The notes under the pieces were generated by a model. It was given only the letters and a program-made list of their open reading frames with translations. It was not told the origin of the DNA and searched no databases. 64,000 nucleotides of DNA from positions 186,001 to 250,000 of IMG/VR virus record IMGVR_UViG_3300044701_002789. One strand, written 5' to 3'. Below, in pieces: positions 35,123 through 44,900 of the stretch. Numbering within the stretch: the first letter of the stretch is position 1; each line of letters begins with the position of its first letter. A program made the position numbers and the translations under genes.

Positions 35123-35898
35123 ATTTTGTAACTGTCTCCCTCCATTCCTTTAATTGTAGTCAATCCAAGATTAGGAATACTAATCACATTTTTTTGATTT
35201 AAGAACCGATATAAAGAGTGTTCTACATCAGTACCTGCAGTGTATTGCATCATCTTTTCAAGATAAGTAAAAGTTTTTTCAAGAGAACTTACAATCTCAT
35301 TAAAGAGTATTCGGTCAAAAGACCAAAGACCAGTCACCATCATTCCTTTTGCACCATAAAGATATGCATAGACATTCTCAAGTTCTTTTTCATCATAATT
35401 TTCTGCCTCTTGAGAAAGGTAATCATATTTTTTAATTACATATCGTTCTTCAAGAAACTTTGATTTATAATCATTAATATCAAAGTATTCATTTAATAAG
35501 TATCTTCCAGTAAGTTTAAAAACTCTTTGACTATCTGGAAAAAGATTATGAGTTTTTATGTAATATAAAGTATTCAATAGTCCTCTGGTTTCTAATAAAG
35601 ATTTACCATAAGTAATCAGTTCTGGTCTTTTTTCAAGATTGGAATAGATTTGTTGAAGAACTGGTTCATTTGAAAAATCTAAAAACAAGTCACATTTATT
35701 TCTTAAAATATTCTTATATTCTTCCGCAAGTGTTTGATGAGAACATTCAAATAAAATAATATAAGAAGTTGGTACTTTTTCTCTTACACATTCAATTGTT
35801 TTAAGTGTCTGTTCAAATCGTTGTTCTTCTGTAAATGCACTAAAGTTATTTTCCTGAAAATGTTTGAGTGCAGAACCAATTAGGAATAAAAATTTCAT
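35119..35898 (-). CDS. hypothetical protein, putative glycan-modifying enzyme
   Basis: RFEQTLKTIE, VFKLTGRY; context. Confidence 0.5.
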   Translation of the reverse strand: MKFLFLIGSALKHFQENNFSAFTEEQRFEQTLKTIECVREKVPTSYIILFECSHQTLAEEYKNILRNKCDLFLDFSNEPVLQQIYSNLEKRPELITYGKSLLETRGLLNTLYYIKTHNLFPDSQRVFKLTGRYLLNEYFDINDYKSKFLEERYVIKKYDYLSQEAENYDEKELENVYAYLYGAKGMMVTGLWSFDRILFNEIVSSLEKTFTYLEKMMQYTAGTDVEHSLYRFLNQKNVISIPNLGLTTIKGMEGDSYKI

Positions 35899-36353
35899 AG
35901 GTAATCTGTATTAAAACTAATAATTATTCTTTCTTCTGTTTCTTCTTCAGTATAATGAATTAAATCACTTGAGAAAATAACCAAAAGACCTGGATAGGGT
36001 GCAATAGATTTATTTGGAAATATCAATGGTGTCTTTCCTGAAATATAAAATGCACCACTGATGATACTTTCTTCGTGTTTATGTGCCTTGAGTTTATTTC
36101 CTGGTTGTGATATATTGAACCAACTGTTGATAATCTTAAGTGATGGAATGTGATATTTATTGCAATATGTATGAATATATTTTTCTATGATGACTTTTAA
36201 TCCATTTAACTCTGGATACATTAAAATCGGCATTCCATAATTATAAGTAGAAACTCCATTTGTTACAAGACCGTGAGTACTGGTTTTGATTTGTAGAAGT
36301 TTATTTTTAATAGAATTTAGATTGAGAAAAGAAAGATTATATTCCTCTATCAT
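35895..36353 (-). CDS. 2OG-Fe(II) oxygenase-like protein
   Basis: SWFNI..PG...AHKH, SGAFYI, PGLLVIF.S.L.H, RIIISFN. Confidence 0.8.
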   Translation of the reverse strand: MIEEYNLSFLNLNSIKNKLLQIKTSTHGLVTNGVSTYNYGMPILMYPELNGLKVIIEKYIHTYCNKYHIPSLKIINSWFNISQPGNKLKAHKHEESIISGAFYISGKTPLIFPNKSIAPYPGLLVIFSSDLIHYTEEETEERIIISFNTDYL

Positions 36354-37677
36354 TCAAAAACTCCTTTAGTTGTTTGAGGGGTTCATTCCAGTTTCTGGGT
36401 TTCTTTTGTTTAAAAAGATGAACATTATTTCCATACCACCAAGATTTATTTGTAGAACTTGTCCAAACATAGTATTCCATAATGGGAACAAAGACACAAA
36501 CTTCTTTACCTTGTGATGCTGCGATGTGTGCAATGGAAGTACAGGAAGTAATCACCAAGTCCATTTGAGATACCAGTGAGAATGTATCTGTAAAATCACG
36601 ATTTTGAATATCAAAGGTTTTGATATCATAACCTTCTGGTGGTGTTTGGTCTGGTAGTTGAAGTGAATATAGGGATGCTGAGGTTTTTGAAAGAACATCA
36701 AATAATGGTTCGGGTTCAATGGAACGAAAATGTGCCTGTTCAAATCCAGAACCAGAATTCCAGAACACTCCAATCTTATATTTTTGGTCTTCTTTTAGGT
36801 ATGAATATTGTTGTTCTTTTTCTGGAAGTGGTTGAAGATAGGGTTCTTGACCTAAATCTTGAACTGTGAGATTGAGATAATAAGGTAATGCAAGAGCATA
36901 AACCCAAACTGAATTTTCTGGAAAAGTGATTTTATCATAGACACAAACTGAAGTAAACCCGTTATAATTGAAGAGTTTCACCATTTCTTTTCTGGTAGAA
37001 GTCCAGATTGGTTTCATTCCAAGTTCTTTTAGGTGTTTCATAAACCGAATGTGAATAATCTCGTCTCCTGCACCACATTGACTGTCTATGATGATTGTTT
37101 GACCTGGTGTTACGGTTCCGTCCCACTTTTTGAAAGGTGGGAGTTTCTTATTCTTATATGCTTCTACTTCTCCTGCTTTGAGAAAGTGTTGAAGACCTAT
37201 ATGTAAGTCATCTTTACGAAAATAATGTCCTGAAAGATTATGATATGCTTTTCGTTCTATTTCAGGTGAAAGTGATTTTTGAAGTAATTGAAACAAAAGT
37301 TTCTCTGACTTTTCTTTTTGATTAAGTGCAGAATAAGAAAATGTTTCTTCTAAAAGAAGTTCAATATCTTGTGAGTTTTTTGATTTAATCTTTGAGATTT
37401 GAGTGAGTGCCTTATCTGGGTAATTGTTTTGATTGTATGCGTTGATGAGGTTTTTTGTGGTGATATAATTTTCTTCTTTGGTTTTTGTGAGTTTTAATGC
37501 TTTTTCGCCATAGGTAATTGCATTGGAGAAGTCTTTGATTTCAAAGAATATCTTTGCAACATCATTGTATTGTTCAAATGTTTCTGCTCTTTTTCCAAAT
37601 GCAAGGAGAACTTGTGTTGTAAGTTCCTTTTCTTCAAAGGAATGCAGGGTTTTTGTGACCAACTCAAGGGGGTTCAT
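36337..37677 (-). CDS. TPR + GT9-like (GT-B) glycosyltransferase
   Basis: TPR N-terminus; QCGAGDEII.IRF, DFTDTFSLVSQMDLVITSCTSIAHIA. Confidence 0.8.
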   Translation of the reverse strand: MNPLELVTKTLHSFEEKELTTQVLLAFGKRAETFEQYNDVAKIFFEIKDFSNAITYGEKALKLTKTKEENYITTKNLINAYNQNNYPDKALTQISKIKSKNSQDIELLLEETFSYSALNQKEKSEKLLFQLLQKSLSPEIERKAYHNLSGHYFRKDDLHIGLQHFLKAGEVEAYKNKKLPPFKKWDGTVTPGQTIIIDSQCGAGDEIIHIRFMKHLKELGMKPIWTSTRKEMVKLFNYNGFTSVCVYDKITFPENSVWVYALALPYYLNLTVQDLGQEPYLQPLPEKEQQYSYLKEDQKYKIGVFWNSGSGFEQAHFRSIEPEPLFDVLSKTSASLYSLQLPDQTPPEGYDIKTFDIQNRDFTDTFSLVSQMDLVITSCTSIAHIAASQGKEVCVFVPIMEYYVWTSSTNKSWWYGNNVHLFKQKKPRNWNEPLKQLKEFLNDRGI

Positions 37678-37701
37678 TGTGTGATTATAGTGTATCTTGA
37701 G

Positions 37702-37708
37702 TATTTAG
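37702..37708 (-). promoter_or_regulatory. late promoter
   Basis: CTAAATA 25 nt upstream of the 37677 start. Confidence 0.6.
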
Positions 37709-40083
37709 AATGATACAAAATCTACTGATTGGATTGCTGTTGTGTGAGCATTTCCAGCACTCACTTGTTTCCAATTATTCCCTCCAGCAAATGTAGTGAC
37801 TGGAGTGATTCTACTTATATTATTTGCATTTCCAAGTCTACCATTAGTTCCCTCACCCCAAGTCCAAAGGGTTCCATCGGTTTTGATTGCTGCTGTGTGA
37901 AAACCTCCAGCACTCACTTGTTTCCAATTCGTTCCTCCAGAAAATGTGGTGACTGGAGTACTTATGTTTGTAGTTTGTGCATTTCCAAGATTTCCATTAT
38001 TTCCAAAACCCCAAGTCCAAAGAGTTCCATCGGTTTTGACTACTGATGTATGTTGATTTCCTGCACTCACTTGTTTCCAATTCGTTCCTCCAGCGAATGT
38101 TGTGACTGGAGTGCTTCTATTTGTAATATCATTAGTTCCAAGTCTTCCGTTATTTCCATAACCCCAAGTCCAAAGGGTTCCATCGGTTTTGATTGCTGCT
38201 GTATGTTCATTTCCAGCACTCACTTGTTTCCAATTAGTTCCTCCCGCAAATGTTTCATTTGGAACCCAATCAATACTATCAAGTCCTGATCCAAGTTGAC
38301 CGTTAAGATTTATACCGAACAAATAAAGCTCTTTATTTACACCATCATCATATAAAGAAATTGTATGATCTCTACCACAACTTACTTGTTTCCAATTCGT
38401 TCCTCCAGCGAATGTTGTGACTGGAGTGCTTCTATTTGTAATATCATTAGTTCCAAGTCTTCCGTTATTTCCATAACCCCAAGTCCAAAGGGTTCCATCG
38501 GTTTTGATTGCTGCTGTGTGAAAACCTCCAGCACTCACTTGTTTCCAATTCGTTCCTCCGGCAAATGTTGTGACTGGAGTGCTTCTATTTGTAGTTTGTG
38601 CATTTCCAAGTTGTCCAAAACCTCCATAACCCCAAGTCCAAAGGGTTCCATCGGTTTTGATTGCTGCGGTAAAACTACCTCCAGCACTCACTTGTTTCCA
38701 ATTCGTTCCTCCAGCGAATGTTGTGACTGGAGTGCTTCTATTTGTAGTTTGTGCATTTCCAAGTTGTCCAAATGGACTACTAAAAAGACTATTTGACCCC
38801 CAAGTCCAAAGAGTTCCATCGGTTTTGATTGCTGCCGTATGAGTGGAAAAATTACTCGCCGATATTGCTGTTCCACAACTTACTTGTTTCCAATTGGTTC
38901 CTCCAGCAAAGGTGGTAACTGGAGTACTAAAGGTTCCTGTAGTTGCTCCATTTCCAAGTCTTCCATTACTACCAAGACCCCAAGTCCAAAGAGTACCATC
39001 TGTTTTAATTGCTGCTGTGTAATTAACTCCAGCACTCACTTGTTTCCAATTGGTTCCTCCAGAAAATGTGGTGACTGGAGTGCTTCTATTTGTAGTTTGT
39101 GCATTTCCAAGTTGTCCAAAACCTCCATAACCCCAAGTCCAAAGGGTTCCATCGGTTTTGACTACTGCTGTATAATAACCTCCAGCACTTACTTGTTTCC
39201 AGTTAGTTCCTCCAGCAAAGGTGGTAACTGGAGTACTAAAGGTTCCTGTAGTTGCTCCATTTCCAAGTCTTCCGTTATTTCCATAACCCCAAGTCCAAAG
39301 AGTTCCATCGGTTTTGATTGCTGCTGTGTGAAAACCTCCAGCACTTATTGTATATAAATCTTCTGGTTCTGATGAAGGTACATCTTTCCAATTTATTCCT
39401 CCAGCGAATGTAGTTACAGGAGTAACTTTATTGGTTCCTATAGCAAATCTTCCAAGCCTTCCATTACCTCCATAACCCCAAGTCCAAAGGGTTCCATCGG
39501 TTTTGATTGCCGTTACATGAATAGTTCCTAAACTCACTTGTTTCCAATTCGTTCCTCCAGCAAATGTTGTGACTGGAGTGCTTCTATTTGTAATATCATT
39601 AGCTCCAAGTTTTCCATTATCACCATAACCCCAAGTCCAAAGAGTACCATCTGTTTTAATTGCTGCTGTGTAATTAACTCCAGCACTCACTTGTTTCCAA
39701 TTGGTTCCTCCAGAAAATGTGGTGACTGGAGTACTTGTATCAGTAATAGTTGCATTTCCAAGTCGTCCACCACTTCCACTACCCCAAACCCAAAGGGTTC
39801 CATCGGTTTTGATTGCTGCTGTGTGAAAACCTCCAGCACTCACTTGTTTCCAATTCGTTCCTCCAGCAAATGTGGTAACTGGAGTAATTCTATCTGTAAT
39901 TGCTGAATTTCCAAGATTTCCATTATTTCCAAAACCCCAACACCAAAGTTCTGGAGGAATACCAATCTGTTGTCCAATAGAAGGATAAACACTCAACAAA
40001 TAATCCTTACGAACTAACTTACTTCCCAAATCAACTCCATTACTATCTTTAAAATTGGTAGTGATATTTTGATTAGAACTCAT
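37705..40083 (-). CDS. RCC1-repeat protein, 14 blades (probable double propeller)
   Basis: 14 repeats counted, with loop insertions in repeats 4, 7 and 8. Confidence 0.9.
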   Translation of the reverse strand: MSSNQNITTNFKDSNGVDLGSKLVRKDYLLSVYPSIGQQIGIPPELWCWGFGNNGNLGNSAITDRITPVTTFAGGTNWKQVSAGGFHTAAIKTDGTLWVWGSGSGGRLGNATITDTSTPVTTFSGGTNWKQVSAGVNYTAAIKTDGTLWTWGYGDNGKLGANDITNRSTPVTTFAGGTNWKQVSLGTIHVTAIKTDGTLWTWGYGGNGRLGRFAIGTNKVTPVTTFAGGINWKDVPSSEPEDLYTISAGGFHTAAIKTDGTLWTWGYGNNGRLGNGATTGTFSTPVTTFAGGTNWKQVSAGGYYTAVVKTDGTLWTWGYGGFGQLGNAQTTNRSTPVTTFSGGTNWKQVSAGVNYTAAIKTDGTLWTWGLGSNGRLGNGATTGTFSTPVTTFAGGTNWKQVSCGTAISASNFSTHTAAIKTDGTLWTWGSNSLFSSPFGQLGNAQTTNRSTPVTTFAGGTNWKQVSAGGSFTAAIKTDGTLWTWGYGGFGQLGNAQTTNRSTPVTTFAGGTNWKQVSAGGFHTAAIKTDGTLWTWGYGNNGRLGTNDITNRSTPVTTFAGGTNWKQVSCGRDHTISLYDDGVNKELYLFGINLNGQLGSGLDSIDWVPNETFAGGTNWKQVSAGNEHTAAIKTDGTLWTWGYGNNGRLGTNDITNRSTPVTTFAGGTNWKQVSAGNQHTSVVKTDGTLWTWGFGNNGNLGNAQTTNISTPVTTFSGGTNWKQVSAGGFHTAAIKTDGTLWTWGEGTNGRLGNANNISRITPVTTFAGGNNWKQVSAGNAHTTAIQSVDFVSF

Positions 40084-40757
40084 TCCAGTCCTCCTAAGAA
40101 ATCAAAAGGTCTTTCTGGTTGTTCACGAACCACTACATTATAAACATCATCAATGGTCGCACACGCATCAATTTCCTGAAGTTTTGAGAGTTCCCAGTCA
40201 AATGCCTCTTGAACTTTTAAGTCAACCTGATGAATAATATATTGAAGTTCTTCAGTGGTAATCTCCAACCAAGTGTTTTTAAACTTAAAGTTATGAGGAC
40301 CAGGAGATGCAGAAAGTTTTGCTGCTAATAAAATTCTTTCTTCTCTTGAGGTTGATACTTCTACTTCAGTTTCATTTACTGTGAGTGTAATTGTAGTATT
40401 TTCTTTTTCTCTTCTATAAGGTGCAACTTCTTGTTTGCGACGTTCTTTGACTTCTTCAAGGGTTTTATCAGTAACTGGATAAGTCAATAAAACCTTAATA
40501 GGAACATTGTTCTCTTCAACAATTGACCAAGTAAAATTACCAATATTTTGATACTTGGGGTCGTGTGATGGAATATCTTTTTCTATTTGTAAAAGATGTG
40601 TAAGACCATCACTAAAATGAATTGGAATTTCTGTGTAACTTGAAGGATTGAGAGTTTCTTCTACTTCAAGGTCTTCTAATTCAGCATTCATCATTCGGAC
40701 ATTGTAACCAATCGGTCCTAAAATCAATGAGTTGTTATGAATAAGTGCGAGTTCCAT
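40080..40757 (-). CDS. DUF4376-like fibre-associated protein
   Basis: TLEEVKERRKQEVAPYRREKE...VQEAFDWE...IDA; sits between fibre/propeller genes. Confidence 0.6.
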   Translation of the reverse strand: MELALIHNNSLILGPIGYNVRMMNAELEDLEVEETLNPSSYTEIPIHFSDGLTHLLQIEKDIPSHDPKYQNIGNFTWSIVEENNVPIKVLLTYPVTDKTLEEVKERRKQEVAPYRREKENTTITLTVNETEVEVSTSREERILLAAKLSASPGPHNFKFKNTWLEITTEELQYIIHQVDLKVQEAFDWELSKLQEIDACATIDDVYNVVVREQPERPFDFLGGLE

Positions 40758-40770
40758 TGGTCTTTATGAG

Positions 40771-40777
40771 TATTTAT
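40771..40777 (-). promoter_or_regulatory. late promoter
   Basis: ATAAATA 14 nt upstream of the 40757 start. Confidence 0.6.
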
Positions 40778-41955
40778 GAGAGTGGAAGGTCTGCTGGGAT
40801 ACCTGCGGTGACTGCTGCTGTGTTAGAAATCTGTTTCCAGTTAGTTCCACCAGCAAATGTAGTGACTGGAGTACTTCTATCAGTATTATTTGCATTTCCG
40901 AGTTTTCCACTAACTCCAGAGCCCCAAATCCACAAGGTTCCATCAGTCTTAATTGCTGTTATGTAATTAACTCCACAACTAACTTGTTTCCAATTAGTCC
41001 CCCCAGCAAATGTAGTGACTGGAGTACTTCTATCAGTATTATTTGCATTTCCAAGTTGTCCAGAAGTCCCAGTACCCCAAGTCCACAAGGTTCCATCAGT
41101 CTTAATTGCTGTTGTGTGATAAAATCCACAACTTACTTGTTTCCAATTAGTCCCCCCAGCAAATGTAGTGACTGGAGTACTTCTATCAGTATTATTTGCA
41201 TTTCCAAGTTGTCCAGCATACCCATAACCCCAAGTCCAAAGAGTTCCATCGGTTTTGACTGCTGCTGTATGACTATATCCACAACTCACTTGTTTCCAGT
41301 TCGTCCCTCCGGCAAATGTGGTGACCGGAGTACTCGTGTTTCCAGTAACTATCCCGTTTCCAAGTTCTCCAAAAGACTCACTACCCCAAAGCCAAAGAGT
41401 TCCATCGGTTTTGATTGCTGCTGTACAATAACCTACAGAACTCACTTGTTTCCAGTTCGTCCCCCCGGCAAAAGTGGTAATGGGGGTGCTTCTATTTGTA
41501 GCATTTGCATTTCCAAGTTGTCCAGAATACCCACGACCCCAGGTCCAAAGAGTTCCATCTGTTTTAATTGCTGTTGTGTGATAACTTCCAAATCCCGAAC
41601 TCACTTGTTTCCAGTTGGTTCCTCCTGCAAATGTGGTAACCGGGGTACTTCTTACTGTATAACCTGCATTTCCAAGTTGTCCACTATCTCCACTACCCCA
41701 AGTCCAAAGCGTACCATCAGTTTTAATTGCTGTTGTGTGAACACTTCCAGCACTCACTTGTTTCCAATTAGTCCCCCCAGCAAATGTAGTGAGGGGGGTA
41801 CTAAAGTTTCCAGTAGTTGCTCCATTTCCAAGTCTTCCATTATCACCATAACCCCAAGTCCAAAGTTCATCACCAATATATTGGTCAATTAACCAATATT
41901 CACTCACATAATAATTCTCAATGTCTCCTTCTGGGGATAAGAACTGATTAGGCAT
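40774..41955 (-). CDS. RCC1-repeat protein, 7 blades
   Basis: 7 repeats of the same consensus. Confidence 0.9.
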   Translation of the reverse strand: MPNQFLSPEGDIENYYVSEYWLIDQYIGDELWTWGYGDNGRLGNGATTGNFSTPLTTFAGGTNWKQVSAGSVHTTAIKTDGTLWTWGSGDSGQLGNAGYTVRSTPVTTFAGGTNWKQVSSGFGSYHTTAIKTDGTLWTWGRGYSGQLGNANATNRSTPITTFAGGTNWKQVSSVGYCTAAIKTDGTLWLWGSESFGELGNGIVTGNTSTPVTTFAGGTNWKQVSCGYSHTAAVKTDGTLWTWGYGYAGQLGNANNTDRSTPVTTFAGGTNWKQVSCGFYHTTAIKTDGTLWTWGTGTSGQLGNANNTDRSTPVTTFAGGTNWKQVSCGVNYITAIKTDGTLWIWGSGVSGKLGNANNTDRSTPVTTFAGGTNWKQISNTAAVTAGIPADLPLS

Positions 41956-44900
41956 TTATCTTATCCTCCAATTCTTCAATGCGAATTTGTTGTTCCTTAA
42001 TTGCTTCAATTAATACTGCAACAATGTTTCCGTAAGAAACTGTTTTCAATCCTTTTGCATTTGTAGTTACAACTTCAGGTAATACCTTTTCAATTTCTTG
42101 TGCAATCACACCGATAGATGATTTATTATGTCCATCAATCCAATCATAATAAACACCATCAATTCGTTTTACCAATTCCACTGCATTCTCAATGGGTCTT
42201 ATATTTTCTTTCTGGGTTTGGTCAGATAGTGATGTGAATACAGTTGCATAAAGAGTTCCAGTGCTTGGTTGGAATTCTAATTTATTGTCTGATGCATATG
42301 TTGCGGTAGGTGTTCCGGTTGCAACATCCGAGAATGTTGGGAAGAAAATGTTTGAAGATGCAGTTTCGTTAGTGATGCTACCACTTCCACCGGAGGTTCC
42401 TTGAATACCTTGAATTGAAGTTCCTTGAGTACCTTGAATACCTGTGGTTCCTTGAATACCTTGTGTTCCTTGAGATCCTGTGGTTCCTTGGCGACCCTGT
42501 ATACCTTGAGTACCTTGAGATCCTGTGATACCTTGTGTTCCTTGAGATCCTGAACCTGTAATTCCTTGAGTACCTTGAATACCTTGGATACCTTGTGATC
42601 CTGTGATACCTTGTGTTCCTTGAGATCCTGAACCTGTAATTCCTTGGCGACCTTGAATACCTTGTGATCCCGTGGTTCCCTGGATACCTTGTGTTCCTTG
42701 TGATCCCGTGGTTCCCTGGATACCTTGTGTTCCTTGAGATCCTGTAGTTCCTTGAATACCTTGTGTTCCTTGAGATCCTGTGGTTCCTTGGATACCTTGT
42801 GTTCCTTGAGATCCTGTGGTTCCTTGGCGACCCTGTATACCTTGAGTACCTTGAGATCCTGTGGTTCCTTGGATACCTTGAGTTCCTTGAGAACCAGTAG
42901 TTCCTTGAATACCTTGAGTTCCTTGAGATCCTGTGGTTCCTTGGAGACCCTGTATACCTTGAGTTCCTCCAGATGACCAACTTACTCCAATTCCAGTAGA
43001 AATTAATATCGAACCTGCAGTACCTACCTGATTATTACTATCATAAAGACCATTGCGAATTCTAATATTTCCAACTATATCTAATTTTTGTGATGGATTG
43101 GTAGTTCCCAAACCAATGTTCCCATCAAAAGGTGCAAGTTGTATAGTTCCATTTGCATCCACATCAATACTTGGAATACCGGAAACATCGTTAACACTAA
43201 AGATAGAACCACTTGTAAGATTATTTGTAATGCTGAATAATTGTCCAGCAGACGCTTCAAATGATAGTGTCCCAGAATTGAGAGTATCATAATGAATAAT
43301 ATCAATAATAGTTCCAATACCAACTGTACCAATACCAGATGATGGTCCACTATAAGTTAAACTTGTACTTCCAGTTGGGTTATTAGATGCATCTTTATAA
43401 ACAATTTGATTTGCAGAACCAGCAACAGGACCTGTTATTCCTTGAATACCTTGAGTTCCTTGAGATCCTGTGGTTCCCTGAATACCTTGAGTTCCTTGAG
43501 ATCCTGTGGTTCCCTGAATACCTTGAGTACCTTGAGATCCTGTGGTTCCTTGAGATCCTGTGGTTCCCTGAATACCTTGAGTACCTTGAGAACCAGTGGT
43601 TCCTTGAATACCTTGAGTTCCTTGAGATCCTGTGGTTCCTTGACGACCTTGAATACCTTGAGAACCAGTGGTTCCTTGAATACCTTGAGTTCCTTGAGAT
43701 CCTGTGGTTCCCTGAATACCTTGAGTACCTTGAGATCCTGTGGTTCCCTGGATACCTTGAGTTCCTTGAGATCCTGTGGTTCCTTGAATTCCTTGAGTAC
43801 CTTGAGATCCTGTGGTTCCTTGAGATCCTGTGGTTCCCTGAATACCTTGTGTTCCCTGGATACCTTGTGTTCCTTGAGAACCTGTGGTTCCCTGAGAACC
43901 TGTGGTTCCTTGAATTCCTTGAGTACCTTGAGATCCTGTGGTTCCTTGAGATCCTGTGGTTCCCTGGATACCTTGTGTTCCTTGAGAACCAGTTGTTCCT
44001 TGACGACCTTGAATACCTTGAGATCCTGTGGTTCCTTGAATTCCTTGTGTTCCCTGGATACCTTGTGTTCCTTGAGATCCTGTGGTTCCCTGAGAACCTG
44101 TGGTTCCTTGAATTCCTTGAGTACCTTGAGATCCTGTGGTTCCCTGGATACCTTGTGTTCCTTGAGATCCTGTGGTTCCCTGGATACCTTGTGTTCCTTG
44201 AGATCCTGTGGTTCCTTGACGACCTTGAATACCTTGAGAACCTGTGGTTCCTTGAATACCTTGAGTTCCTTGAGATCCTGTGGTTCCCTGAATACCTTGA
44301 GTACCTTGAGATCCTGTGGTTCCTTGGATACCCTGAACACCTTGCAGTGCAGCACTTTGAATAGTATCTTTCTTTAACTGACCATCAGTTACATCATAGA
44401 ATAAAATAAAATCATTACTTGCTGCGGCAGTTTGAGTTCTATCATTAATTAATCCAGGATTTGCACTTCTAATATTGGAAATTGTTACTCCAGTACCTAA
44501 AGTAGTAGAAGATAAAACCTCAGTACCCCCAATTTCATATACTTTTCCAACTTCAAGATTAACATTATCACTAAATTTTAATGCGGAATTAGTGTTATCC
44601 CAGGTAATTGTTTTTCTTATATTTGTAGAACCAATACCAATTCCTGCACCATCAAGGAGTATATTTGTTCCAATAGTAGATGCAACTCCAATTTGATAAT
44701 CTGCAAGTTCAATAGTTGTAGAATTTACTTGTGTAGTTGTTCCGTCAACATACAAATCACCTTTAATTCTTACAAGTCCAGTATTATCTCCTATTGTAGT
44801 TGGGTCAATAATAAGTTCAGTTGGACCATTAATTTGATTTACATACAGTGATGTTCCATCAAAAGTTAAATTTGGAGAACCAGTTGGATTATTTGAACCA

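Noticed and set aside
32955-41892. Cys/Ser-rich plus-strand ORFs over the RCC1 genes
   Set aside because: Antisense shadows of repetitive coding sequence
32919-41955. CRISPR-like look of the RCC1 region (constant blocks alternating with variable blocks)
   Set aside because: Period is about 153-156 nt, all in-frame protein-coding; the variable parts are short codon runs; no cas genes or leader
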